Assembly (NCBI RefSeq): GCF_004010195.1
Contig: NC_057719.1
Location: 36,201,605-36,241,229 of the forward strand
Source of the DNA: Chiloscyllium plagiosum
Taxonomy: Eukaryota
Reading direction: 5' to 3'
Length of the DNA: 39,625 bases
Numbering within the stretch: the stretch's first letter is position 1; each line of letters begins with the position of its first letter. The position numbers and the translations under genes are program-made. The notes beneath the pieces are model-generated. The model searched no databases. It saw only the letters and a program-made list of their open reading frames with translations, and was not told where the DNA came from. Shown here piece after piece: positions 23,158-35,835 of this stretch.

Positions 23158-23789
23158 ATCCAGTCTGGTTTCCTCAATGAGTTTTCACAAATCTAGCTTG
23201 TTTGGTGAGTTTGTTAAGGTGAGAGGCTGAACATCAGTGAAGCCAGTTGTATCGATAACAAGATGTTTAACAAGCATTAATCCTTGTCGATGAGCACCTT
23301 GTCCCTGCCTGGCAAGAATCTCACTACACTATTTGGGAAAAGCATAAAGATAAAGCCAAATTATTTCTTCATTGGGATGGGCCTTGCCAGCTTTTTGACC
23401 TCATTCTGTCATGCCATGGAGACAGCTCATGTCATTCAGACCCCGATGTGTCTAAGGGAGTGATGTAGGGAAGAAATATTCTGTCCATAGTAAACCGACA
23501 CCAGCAAGGAGCTGAATCATTGCAGCAATATACCTGAGTCAGGCTGGAACCAAAGTCCTGGTGGAAAATATAGTGAGGGATGTAAATACTTTACAGTACT
23601 TAATTGAATATCACCGAGGGAGGTAAGTTTATAGAAAGTACTGAAACCTAGTAATAAAAATAAGGACCATAAGGAGAGAGCCAAGGACAAACAATAAGGA
23701 GACCATGTGTGGCCAGAGTTTGGATAACGTGATAGAGCATAAAGTAACCTTTAAAAGCAAAAGATAGGAATAGTAAATAAAAACAATTT

Positions 23790-24560
23790 ATATTGCTTGT
23801 AAGTATATATGTCTTAAGTATTCAAAATAAAATGAACTTGAAACAATAATTTGAAGAGGATCCAGAGGATAGAGTTGAGTGAAACATAGCTACATAGAGA
23901 ACATGATTAATAACTAAATATTACTATATATAATATGCATAAAAGAGAAAGGGAAGGATACCAAGAGGTGGAATCATTGTATTAGTTACCAATATAATAA
24001 TACAGGGAGAAAGAATGGTTATTACTTCCAGAAATAAAGATTTGGAATAAACATGATTTGAATTAGATAAGAGATACAACACCCTAAAAGAAGAATTCCA
24101 TAAGAAGTTCAACAAGAGAAAGAATTCAACAATAATTCTATCTTAAGTAATAGAACAATCAGCAGAAGTAAGGTTTATGATTTGAACCAAGGGTGACAGA
24201 AATAGAATAACAATTGGAAAAGAGACGACTGAATAACAACTATTTTGTTTCAGTCTCTGCTGAAGAAAATAATGAAACATGAACTTCAAAAGTCAATACT
24301 TAGAAAGAGTACTAATATAATTGAGATGGAAAATAAAAAAAAACTGAAGAAAGTAAGATTCCAGGTGGTTTATACTCATGCATGTTCAAAGTTACAGGAG
24401 AGGAGATATCCAGGGCACTAGTTTATACAGATATTTCTGGGGCTAGTGCCAGAGGACTAGAATAGCTAATGAATAACTAATATTGTTCCTATATGCAAAT
24501 ATAGAGATGGTAGAATAAAACCTGGAGAACCATGAAGCTTAATATCAATACTAGAAAAGC
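23790..24560 (+). mobile_element. Very old, AT-enriched, internally deleted CR1 ORF2 remnant
   Basis: Ordered traces of SIQNK..LE, SET*L, RGG, NYFVSV..EE, PGGLYSCMFK and VPED*.IAN, spanning endonuclease to early RT. Confidence 0.55.
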
Positions 24561-24844
24561 ACAAACATCAAGGCTATCGTATGCTATGTCACATGTGAAG
24601 CTGAGGTACACTGTGCACTGTGAGGTAAATGTAAAAGACCCAATGGTAGCGTGCAAAGAGTTGGGACACGCTTCTTATCTTTAAAAAATTTTATTCCACA
24701 ATCATAATGCCAACAAAGCAGGTTGTCTGGAAATTATCACATTGTTGTTTGTGAGAACCAGCTGCGAGCATATTGACATATGTATTTAATATGCTTTAGT
24801 ATTATACTGACTGTAAATGTCAAAGGGCTATGGTTAGATTGTCT

Positions 24845-25212
24845 CTTATGGAGATGACCATTGCTTGGCATTTTGGCCCACGTCTAAATATTATCCAGAT
24901 CTTCTTGCATTTGAACATGGACTGCTTCAGTATCTGAGGAATTGTGAATGATGCTGAACATTGTGCAATCATTAGCAAACATCCTGACGACTGATGTTAT
25001 GATGGACGGAAAGCCATTGGTGATGCAGCTGATAATGGTTGGGCCTAGGAAACAACCCCGAGGAACTCCTGCAGAGATGTCTTGGAGCTGAGATGACTGA
25101 CATCCAACAATAACCATCTTCTCATGTGTCAGTTGTGACTCCAACTACTTTCCCCAGATACCCATTGACATCAGTTTTGCTAGGGCTCCTTGACGCTATA
25201 CTCAGTGAAATC
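24845..25212 (-). mobile_element. CR1/L2-group LINE RT fragment
   Basis: AGVPRGCFLGPTIISC..VRMFANDCT..MQEDLDNI corresponds to the RT GVPQGS and FADD motifs. Confidence 0.85.
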
Positions 25213-25372
25213 CTTTAACCCTGTTAAAGAGTTCTGTTTCTAGAGACTTTTATGGGAGTAGATCTCTGTGGATGGATGTGTATTGTGGCCCTAGAAAGGC
25301 AGGATTTCTTCAGCTTTTGCTTAGAACTTCATCACCTGCCCAATCCAGAAGTCATGAATATACACCACAATC

Positions 25373-28330
25373 TGAATTGAATTGAATTGAATTTATTGTC
25401 ATGTGTACTGAGGTTCAGTGAAAAGCTTTGACTTGCGAGCAATACAGGCGAATCAGAGTTAAGTAGCATAGATAAGTAAATAACAGGTAAACAGCTGGTA
25501 AACGGGCCTGGTAGATGGATTCTATAGATGGGAGGTTGGCCTTTGTGATTGTCCGGGACGAGTTCACCACTCTCTGTAACCATCTCCGATCTTGAATGAT
25601 ACAGTTGCCGTACCAGGTAGTGATACATCCAGGCAGAATGCTCTCGACAACACACTTATAAAAGTTGACAAGGGTATTCACCGTCATGCCAAATTTCCTC
25701 AGCTGCCTGAGGAAGAAGAGACATTATTGGGCCTTTGTAACCAGTGCGTCCACATGAAGAGTCCAAGAAAGCTTGTTGTGGATGACCACCCCCAAGAGCT
25801 TGACACTCTCCACTCGTTTCACCTCTGTGCTGTTAATGTGTAGGGGGACATGAGTAACACTCCACCAAAAGTCAATTGCAAATTCCTTGGTTTTGCCGGC
25901 ATTGAGAGCTAGGTTGTGTTCAGTGCACCATTTTTCCAGGTCTTCCACCTTCCTCTGTAGTCTGTTTCGTTCCCATCTATGATTCGACTGACTATGGTGG
26001 TGTCATTGGCAAACTTGTAATGGCATTAGTCTGGTATTTGGCGATGCAGTCATGGGTAGACAGTGTGTATAGTAGGATTCTGGATCAGTGGTGCTGGAAG
26101 AGCACAGCAGTTCAGGCAGCATCCAACGAGCAGCGAAAGTCGATTTCGCTGCTCGTTGGATGCTGCCTGAACTGCTGTGCTCTTCCAGCACCACTGATCC
26201 AGAATCTGGTTTCCAGCATCTGCAGTCATTGTTTTTACCAGTGTGTACAGTAGGAGCTGAGTACGCACCTCTGGGGGACTCCAATGTTGAGTGTTAGTGA
26301 GGATGAAATATTGTCCCCAATCTTCACTGATTGTGGCCTGTGGGTCAGGAAACTGAGGATCCAGTTGCAGAGAGTGGGGCTTAGTCTGAGATCACTAAGT
26401 TTAGTAATCAGACTTGAGGGGATAGGCTGAACTGTAGTCAATGCATAGGATTCTTACATAGCTGTTCTTGGTGTCAGGATGTTCTAGGGAGGAGTGAAGG
26501 ACAAGTGATATGGCATCTGATGTGGATCTATTGGTCCAGTAGGTAAATTGGAGTGGGTCAAGAGCAGTGGGGAGGCTGAAGTTGATGAATGCCATGACCA
26601 GCCTTTCAAAGCACTTCCTGACCACCGAAGTTAGGGCCACTGGGCGGTAGTCATTGAGACAAGCTGCATGAGCCTTCTTAAGCACAGGGATGATGTTGGC
26701 CCTCCTGAAACAGGAGGGACAGTGGCCTGCTGCAGGGAGAGGTTGAAGATGTCCGAGCAGACCTCTGCCAGTTGATCTGTGCATTTTCTGAGTGCACGGC
26801 CTGGTACTCCATCTGGTCCCATCGCTTTCCTTGGATTCACACGAAGGAAAACTGATCTGACCTCTGATGCAGTGACTGTTGGGATAGGTTTGTCAGGACT
26901 TGTCGGAATAGGTGTTACCTCTCTGCCGAAATTCTGTACCAAGCGAGTATAGAAAGCATTGAAATGATCTGGGAGGGACATATCGTTGCCTGCTATCTTG
27001 CATTGTCTCTTTTTAGTACCTGTGATATCATTCAGTCCTTGCCATAGTCGTTGGGTGTCTATCTGGGTCTCTAGTTTGGATCAGTATTGGTCCTTGGCTG
27101 TCTTAATGGCTCTGTGAAGGTCAGACTTGGATTCCTTATATTTGAGTGGGTCTCCAGATCTGAAGGTCTAATGCCAGGTTTTTAGCAGGTTCGTAATCTC
27201 CTAATTCATCCAGGGTTTCCTGTTGGGGAACACCTGGATTGACTTTTTTGGCATATAGTCCTCCACACACTTGCTGATGAAGTCTGTGACGGTGGTGGCG
27301 TACTCGTCCAAGGTACCTGCGGACTATTTGAACATGGCCCAATCAGCCAATTCCAGACAGCACCGGAGTTGATCCTTTGCCCCCTCTGACCAGCACTGGA
27401 CCTGTATCCCTGAGGGGGTCTCCTGCTTGAGCTTTTGCTTGTAAGCCGGGAGAAGGAATACGGCATTGTGGTCAGAGTTCCGAAATAAGGAAGTGGAGGA
27501 TGGAGCAGCCAGCATCTTTCACAGTGGTGTAGCAATGGGCTATACCTTGTGCCCCTGGTTCTGGTGGTACTTGGACAACACCTTCCATAGATTGGCTTGA
27601 TTGAAGTTGCCACCTGACGGTAAACAGGGCCTTGGGGTGTTCCGTCTTCAGGGTGTTAGTGGTGGAGTACAGCACATCCAGGGCTTCCTCAACCTTTGTT
27701 GTGGCAGTATGTACACAGCAGTTAGTAAAGCAGCAAAGCAGTGGTAAATTCCCCTGGTAGGTAGAAGGGGCTGTACTTGACAGTGAGGAATTCAAGGTTT
27801 GGGGAGCAATGGCTGCCCAGGGTTACAATGTCCGTGCACCACAAATTGTTGATTAAAAAGCAAGCCCCTCCACCCTTTTTCTTACCCGAGGATGCCGTAT
27901 GGTTCATACAATGGATAGCAAGACCATCAGCCTGAAATGCGCAGTCGGGAATGGATGGGTTGAGCCAGGTTTCTGTGAAGCAGAGTGTACAGCAGTCCCA
28001 CAGTTCATGCTGGGAACTGAGCCGTGATCAGAATTCATCCATCTTGTTCTCCAGAGATTGTACATTTGCTAGGAGTAAGCTAGGAAGAGGGGGGTCTTGA
28101 AATCGCGTAGTCTCAGTCTTACTAGCAGGCTGGCATGCTTACCCCGCTTCCCTACAGGTTCCTTACATTTGAGTAGTCCGGTGGTCTGGTGGAGTGGATT
28201 GTGCATGCTTCCAGTTAAGTGATCCTTCCTAGGACCCTGTGGAGCAGGTAGGTTACAGATTGGCGTATTTTTGCAGAGGGACTGCTTAGGACCCAGTGTA
28301 GCAGGTAATTTACTATGTATGTTTTTTTTT
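25373..28330 (-). mobile_element. Rex1/Babar-clade LINE, near full-length decayed ORF (APE + RT) with (ttcaa)n tail
   Basis: LLANVQSLENK, CFTETWL, GKKKGGGACFLIN, SDHNAVFLLPAYKQKLK, NPRKAMGPDGVPGR, LNDYRPVALTSVVRKCFERL and IDYSSA motifs. Tail tgaattgaattgaattgaatt at 25373-25393. Confidence 0.9.
26078..26238. mobile_element. Palindromic mini-insertion derived from a PLE 3' terminus, 17-bp TSD
   Basis: Arms 26076-26141 and 26142-26206 are reverse complements apart from one base near the centre. A 32-nt tail occupies 26207-26238. TSD cagtgtgta(t/c)agtagga lies at 26061-26077 and 26239-26255. Confidence 0.93.
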
Positions 28331-29526
28331 AACTGGAGGGAATTTGCTTAGGACCCAGTGGAGATGTTCCTGGTTTCAGTTGCTGCTGATTTGCTGCTCC
28401 AGGTCCAACCGCGTTTTTTGCAGAAGTGTTTGGGCTGCTCTCCAGGTATGTTCTGATAGATTTCATGTCGGGCAGGCGTCTTATGGGGTCAGGAGCATTT
28501 TGTGTCAATTCTCCTTCCTGGGGCAGGTCTTTTGGGTACATCCATTTCCCGGTAGGCCCCAAGCCTGAGGCTCATTTAGGTTGCCTCTGGCTGGTCTGGC
28601 CTTCTTCCGGGGTGGTCAGATGGGTCATGGGCACCATGTGGTCTGCTGCCTTCATCCAGTAAGCTGTCTTTGAGGATCGGAGGAACTTCAAGCCTGTGAG
28701 TTTAGATAAAACTTAGTTATTAGTAATTTTTAAAAGTGTGCTATTAAGTTTAAAAAGTGTAGAACGATTGTAGGAAATATGAAACTGTCTGTTGGCATGC
28801 GGCCCAGAATTCTTTGGGCTGCGACTAATGCCATAGACCGTTTATTGTCCAGGGCATACAAGGATGTTAGAATGAAATGAATGAATTTTATTGGCAAGGC
28901 TACTATTTTCACTTTCACTGAAGAATGGATGGAATTTTAAAGCATGATTTCCAAAACATCTCATAGGAATGGAATTTGAGTTAGGAAGTCCCTGAAAAAT
29001 AGGGTCCAGATGACTGTCATTTTAATTTGAAGTCTGTGCATTTTATTGGGAAATAAGAACTATACATTTCTCATACTTTGACATGAGCAATCAATATAAT
29101 TCACCAGGAAAAGCTATCTTTTACTTCCCTCTTTAGCGGAACTAATGACTAAAGATGTAGAACCTTAGGAAGCACTAATTCAGGATTATGCTCTCAGTTT
29201 CGATATCAGTTTAAGTAGTTTGACTGATGAAAATCCAGCAAATCTTTAGGTCGCCAACTTTACTTAATTTGCATAAATTAAATCACAATTAAATTACAAG
29301 TTCTTTGATTAATGGACGTAGAACAAATGTGTTTTTGCTACCTTGAGAGTATTAACCGCCACAGGATAATTAATATCTAAACACTGTTTATTTTGTTTCA
29401 TTTTGAGCTCAAGTGACCTCACATCACCTTTATAAAGTAAAACAATACATAGGCAGACAGTAAAAAAAATCTGGCACCTAGTCAATTCTTGCCCTTGTTC
29501 TGGCACACACTTATCTCACCACAGGA

Positions 29527-29862
29527 TTGTGTCTCATTTGGTAACATGCACTCCTCTGAGTCAGAAGGTTGTGGTTCAAGTCCAAACCTAGGAGTTGATT
29601 TAAAAAATCCAAAGCTGAGAGTTCAGTGCAGTGCTGAAGGAGTGTTGCTCATTTGAAGGTGCCATCTTTCAGCTGAAATATTAAATCAAGGTTTGATTTG
29701 CCTCCTCTTTTTGACCTACAAGAATCCTAGGATACCATTTTGAAGAAGAATTATTTTTGATACATTGACCAATAATCATCCCTCAATCAACATTACAAAG
29801 TAAAAAAAATCTTGTTATTATCACTTTGGTGTTTGATTGAACTTGCTGCCTGAAAATTGGAT
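29527..29862 (+). mobile_element. SacSINE1/DeuSINE-like SINE
   Basis: tRNA-like head (cctctgagtcagaaggttgtggttcaagtcc), then cagtgcagtgctgaaggagtg and aggtgccatctttcag, ending in ttatcactttggtgtttg. Confidence 0.75.
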
Positions 29863-29914
29863 ATTCATGAGATAATCCTGGAAAATCAACATGCAGTATA
29901 AATAGGTGTGATCG

Positions 29915-30056
29915 ATCGGTTCTTGAGTATCAAGGGGATCAAGGGTTATGGGGAGAAAGCGAGAGAATGGAGTTGAGAAACTTATCAACTATGATTGAAT
30001 GGCAGAGCAGACTCGATGGGCTGAATGGGCTAATTTCTGCTCCTCTGTCTTATGGT
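29915..30056 (+). mobile_element. CR1 3' terminal fragment
   Basis: ggatcaagggttatgggg...gaatggcagagcagactcgatgggctgaatgg is homologous to 2345-2455. Confidence 0.85.
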
Positions 30057-30884
30057 TTCCCTTGGAACTGCTATTCTTGTGAATTGTTCTGATGAGTGCA
30101 AATTCAAAACGTTTGATAAGATATGTCTTTTTTTCAATAATACCCAGGGATGATATCATCACAGTCAATGGGTTCAGCCCTGCTGCTAATCATGATTTCA
30201 GTACTAGCCCTCCTGGTAACACTCAGCACTTGATAATGCATCCACTGACCTCAACCATTCATGCAAAATCATTGAACTTCCTGTGACATTGCACCCAGAT
30301 CCTCAGGTCAGAATGCCATGGCATTTCTCTCTGTGGTTTTCTGTTCCTCCTGCTCTGACTGGTGTATCTGGAGTGCTCCCTGATCTCTTGCGGTTATCAA
30401 ATATCTCTCCTCAAGCGAGCCCTCTACTGCAGTTGCAGACTGTTGGCTAGCCAATGTGAATAAGACTGTGCAACAAAAAAATGACGATCTCAGTACCTCC
30501 TGGAGCCAAGTTGCACCAACACTTTAAACAGGGCAATCTAGCTTTCATTTGTGATAGCTAGTAACATCTTATGGCCCTCGCTGATACATGGAACCAATGA
30601 ACAATGTGGTTAGTGCTGGTTGCATGAAGCCATTATAATAATGTATAGGCAGCATAGAGATGGTGTGCTGCCTGCTTCCTGCTGAAGAGTATGGTGATTG
30701 AGCATCATGATCTATGCAATTGTTTTTGAGGCTATCCAATTTAATCACATTCCTATCCTCCGCATTCAAACAGATACAATGTAAGACTAATAAAAGGGAC
30801 AAAATAAAACCAAGAAATTGCTCGACAAACTTCTCAGGTGATCAAAACCTGTCCATCAGACACTATTGACTTTAGATATGAATG

Positions 30885-31030
30885 TACAAAATAAGAGTAG
30901 ACCATTCAGCCCCTCAAACCTGCTGTGCCATTCAATGAAATCAAGGCTGATCTATCTTTGTTTCAAATTCCACATTCTCTTCGAGACGATAATTGATTCC
31001 CCTGCCTAAGAAAATTCTATCTACTCCACT
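30885..31030 (-). mobile_element. CR1 3' terminal fragment
   Basis: gagtagaccattcagcccctcaaacctgct..ccattcaatg is similar to 5105-5240 and 17600-17740. Confidence 0.65.
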
Positions 31031-31269
31031 GATCACATCCTGCTAATTAGAAAAATTGTACTCCATTTCTGCTTCCTTCAGTCAGCTATTGTGGTATCCA
31101 TGCTAATATGTTACCTCCTTTATCATCAGCTCCATTTGTGGAATAACCTATTATTTGACACCTTGTTAAATATCTTCTGGAATTCAAAGTACAGGATGTT
31201 TACAGACTCACTTTTATTCACAGCATATATTATTTCTTCAAAGAGCTCATCATATACATGTTATAAAAC

Positions 31270-31645
31270 TGTCTAGCAATGGCTCCCCAATTAGACAGGG
31301 TTAAACCACCTCTCCTTGGCATTAATGCTGACATTATTCCTAATCACTCTACCATCTAGACAGTGGAACATCGTTGGACAAACCACATAATGATCAGAGG
31401 TTGGGTATTTTACATTGAGTGGTTGCCTCCAGATTCCACAAAACGACCCCACCAGATGCAAACCACAAGTCAGGATGATGGTAGACTATTTTGTACTTGC
31501 CTCAATGACTGCAGCTTCAAATATACTCAAGAAGTTCAACACCATTTCGGTCAAAGCAATTCAGCGGTTTGATACCTTATCCACTAGCTTGAAACTCCAT
31601 TCCATCTATCACTTACACCATTGCTGGAGTGAATCCTATCTATAG
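31270..31645 (+). mobile_element. Decayed CR1/L2-group LINE fragment
   Basis: caagtcaggatgatggtagactatt...actcaagaagttcaacacc is homologous to 19898-19980. Confidence 0.55.
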
Positions 31646-31993
31646 GATGGATGTTTATAGGGAAGTGGGACAAGTGAAAACCATACACATTTGTGAGTAC
31701 ACTCCATGTTCAATACATTTTGGCTTCTCAGTGCCTCAACTCCACTTTCCCAGCAACTGCCTCAAATCCTTTGATTCACTGAGAGAGTGAAAACCTGTCT
31801 GACTCACCTTCAAATAACCAATGAGGGCACCCAAAACTTTCTGGTATAGAGGATTCCCAAGAAGGCAGTGTCAGACTCATTTGGTTGTATATTATGCAGC
31901 TTCAGCTCGTAGATCACTGATTAGTTTGCATATTTCTCTAATATATATTAAGTAGATTAAGCGAATAAATTTGCTTCATTTTAAAGTGCACAT

Positions 31994-32625
31994 TGTTATG
32001 GACCAGATCAGATCCCCCTCAAAGTATCATAAGAAGGTAGCCCAGACCCTAACTTATTGTTATTTTAAAGAGAAATGTGAAATGCTGTTTTCCAGATGCA
32101 ATACGACTGGTCAAACTACTCGACATTAAGCAAAATCAATTTATTTAAACACTACAGTTAAAATACAACAAAAGAAAGAAGAGCTTAGAATAATTTAATG
32201 CTATGGTAAAACTTAACAGAATAATAGATACAGTAACTATTACTAAATAACCGTTCCAATATAGTAGCATCCCATAAACACATCCTTTGGCAAAAAGACA
32301 TATTCAGAGAAACAGATTTTGTCTCACATGCAATCTTGTAACCTAGGAACCGATCTCCCCGCTTTTGGCTGTTATTGAGAGAGGAAAAAATAGCTTCCAG
32401 TAGGTCAAAGCTCCAGCAACTTCTAACTAATATAAGAACTACCAAATAGAAATCCTGGTCTATGAGAGCTAGCAACGCCTAGCCAGGCTGCTTCTATTGT
32501 TCCAACTTTCAAAAGAAACACAAGGCCTCACAGATTACATCACCACAGATTGTTCAGTACCTTCAATCTCTCTCCTAAAGGAAACCAGAACAAAATACAT
32601 TTCTTAAAGCCACAGCATTATCACA
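31994..32625 (-). mobile_element. Probable solo LTR (632 bp)
   Basis: TGTTAT...ATCACA termini form an imperfect inverted repeat (TG..CA). Flanks acat/actt match at 3 of 4 bases, AATAAA is on the minus strand at 32140-32145, and a related partial copy sits at about 4265-4764. Confidence 0.6.
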
Positions 32626-33138
32626 ACTTGTCTTCTTGTAATAGTTTCAATCAGACCTTAAAGAACCTGTCAGCGTTTCAGCTGAATAATGCACTTGACG
32701 TTGCCAACAGGGTCTGAGCAAAATATCCAAGAAGAGGAAGGGTACCGTGGCTAGGAAGCCATTCTGTGTCTCGGAATGGTCCTCTGATGATGGGTTTGAT
32801 GGGCTAGCTAACTGGTTGTCTGGGTTGGGGCCTCCACAGTTTTGTGGGATTTGGAGTAAAATCTGTAGAGGACTGTCTGGAGGAAGTAGGTTTCCTGGAA
32901 CAAACCAAGGATGTCACCCAAAGGGTGGAATCTGCTGACCACCCTCTCTAAATTGTCAGGGGAGGTGTCAGGATTAAAGAAGGTGAACGTTACATTGCTG
33001 CTGCACTAACTGCAGCAGAACTGCTGAGGTTAGTGCTGGCAGAGGCAACTCGAGTTTGCCACAATCCAACATAACAAGTGAGTGAAATGTGGAAAGTGAA
33101 TCGAATGATAGTGGACTGTATTTTTAGCTTCAGCTGAT

Positions 33139-33171
33139 GGTGTGAGTGCGTGTGTGTGTGTGAGAGAGAGA
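33139..33171. repeat. Compound (TG)n(AG)n microsatellite
   Basis: gtgtgagtgcgtgtgtgtgtgtgagagagaga. Confidence 0.8.
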
Positions 33172-33397
33172 TATCTACAAAGAACCCTTTGAAACTGCAA
33201 GAGAACTCAGGGTGTTGAATGAATTCATTTAGTCATTTCACTGGTTCACAGTATATCAAACGTTGATAGACAGCCAGCTAGTTGTGTGAAGCTTCGTGAC
33301 ATAGTTGTGAGTTATTGGATAATTATATGTTAGCTAGGAATGCCAGCTATAAGTCCTGACAAACAGACCTTTGAGAATGACCTCCCTTAAGTGGGAC

Positions 33398-33533
33398 TTA
33401 GAATCGTTGAATCCCTAAAGTTCAGAAGAAGGCCATTCGGTCTATCAGGTCCACACTAACCCTCAGAAGAGCATCCCACACAGTCCCACACTCTGCAATT
33501 CCTATGGCTAATCCACTGAGCCAGTACATCCCT
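33398..33533 (-). mobile_element. Decayed HE1-like SINE 3' fragment
   Basis: Similar to 3120-3255. Confidence 0.6.
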
Positions 33534-35835
33534 GATTACAGTCTTATGAAACCAGTTGAAGAAAGGAAATTAAGTTAAATGGCTTAACTTATTTCTTTTT
33601 TCCTTCAAATAATTATCAGGTGAATTGTGTTTAGTTTAAAGAAAGAGTGCTAGGTAAATAGTAAATTTATTGTGATTGGAATTTCATTTTCTGCTCAGGG
33701 TGAACTTCCAAATACTGTTGTAATATATATGTGAATCTTTAATTCCAGATAATAAGATTTGCTCATTTTAAATGTTTGATGTCAAAAAGTTTGAAGATGG
33801 TAAAATCTAACAAACGAGGTAGATTTTTCCTTTGCTCAGACAGAGAATATAAAACATGGCTCGTACCTCTGAGCAGGAGGGAGAGGGCACTGTTGACGTA
33901 ATAATGTTCAAGAACCTTCACCCCACCACTTTGGATCAGCAGTAACTATCTGTGTTTGCTTGGAAAATTTATATATTCAATATATTTGCACTAAAGAATA
34001 CTAGTTAACTCATTCTGTCTTAAGTGGGATGGATGGAAACTGTTTTGTTTTTCAAATAATCACAGATACAGAAGGTTTCTTTTATCAAAAGCTTTGAATT
34101 TCTGAATTTGTCTGCAGATTTGAGGCCTTGCAGCTGTATAGGCTGGATGTTGATGTTGGGTTGAATAGTGAGATGGACTTCTCGCTTGACACAGCAGAAA
34201 TCAAATCATGCCTGATAGAAATCCATGAACAATAGCAGTAGAGCTGTTATCTTACAAGGCAAGGCAGGTAACCTTGCAAATGGAGTTGATAGTGTCTCCG
34301 TAACCTTTCCATCTCTGTGCTGTGAGACAAAGCCAGTGTTTAATGTCACTCAAGAGCTGGAAAGAGTGAGCAAAGGAATAGAATCCTTAAGCACAGTTAA
34401 GGAATAAATCAACAAGCCCATTACCCCTAGTAAAGTTAAAGAAGCTCTCTGTGAAAATTGGCTTGTATCCACGGAGAGTTCCCATGACAGTGACCAGGAG
34501 AACATTTCTTACATTCGATTGAAGTCAGTGTTAAAACAAGAAGTCGTCCAAAAGCACTTTAGGTTCAAATTTTGCAAATCTTGTTTCATTGACAAGTTTA
34601 AAAATATACTTTTTTCAACTGCTATTGAAAAGGTGTTGCAAAAAATATAGTTTAGCACGGATTCAAAACATAGATAAACCTATTTTGAAGACCTACAATT
34701 TGAACTCAGAATTTGGAATGAGAAGTGTTTTGTCCATATGCTTGCACTGTTTCTGTTTGAAGGTGGTTAGAAAAGAGAGATCTAGAAATGCTTTCTTTCA
34801 GACAATAGAGATTAAAGATGCTAGTTTGAGATGATCAAAAGATTTTTTTTGACTGTTTTGAACTGAGTACATGATATCAAGAGAACCTTGAACTGACCAA
34901 AATCACTGGAATCTTCAATGTTTAAATGACCAAGCTTGGCCGTACCTCATTATGAAATTGGGATTGATAAGATTAATTGATACAAAAGTTGCTAGTTCAA
35001 GCATGCAATGACAAATTCAATTGAATTTTGAAGGGCAAATAAATGTAAATTTTTAAGTTTCAATCTGAAATAACAGCCATTAGAAACAGTCTGGTTAGTT
35101 TTAATTTGTGAAAAAAATTAGAAATATTGTTTCAGAAGAAACTAATGAAACCTGTCAGCCCAGCAACACTGCTGAGTCTGTACCTAAAAGAACTTTGAAG
35201 TTTGTCATTGTCAACTTTGAATTTGGAATAATTTTGAAAGAAGGAAAGTCAAGTATAATCTAGTATGCCACATTTGAGAAAAATCTATGCATTTTTTTTG
35301 TAAGAAAGAACAAGCAATTAAAATTTGATAACGCTTGCAATTAAACAGTAATGATGTTTGTTTATCATGTGAAACATGCTTCCTTTTGTTGTTTACTTTA
35401 GACAGTAAGATTTTCTCCAAAGTTCCTGAATCAGTTATAATGGTAATTATTAGAGGCCACACTTAGAATAAAAGAATAGTGACAGGGAAAAAGTGACAAG
35501 CATCAAATGGAAATTAGAGAAGAATCACCTTGTGGGTAGGTAAATGGAATAGTTCCAATGAAATTAAAGTGTATTTAGAATTAAATAATTAACTGTTTCT
35601 CTTGAAGATATGTGTGTCCTTGCCTGTGAGTTTTTAAGGGGAACTAAATTGGCTGATTTGGCCACCACCCACTGGAGCAAGCAAGGAAGATACACAGGCA
35701 CCCACCATCAACCTTCAATCTTTTAAAAGGTTGGCTGAAAGTCAAGAATGCATGGCATGATCTTGGAGTACTGATATAAGTGTGAAAAAGTGATTGTTTT
35801 GCCTGAAGTAACAAACATGAGGAAATGCATGGTGG

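Noticed and set aside
26076..26206. MITE (DNA transposon) or pre-miRNA gene
   Set aside because: The arms match PLE terminal sequence at 39368-39427, and the one-sided tail plus 17-bp TSD fit retrotransposition. There is no evidence of miRNA processing.
26003..26297. Matching ORFs on both strands as a bidirectional gene pair
   Set aside because: This is a direct consequence of the DNA palindrome.
4265..32625. One large provirus bounded by the two LTR-like repeats
   Set aside because: The repeats are only patchily similar, lie 27 kb apart and enclose no coherent gag-pol.
32690..33082. Host coding exon
   Set aside because: It looks coding-like by composition, but plus frames are interrupted by stops and no protein family is recognisable.
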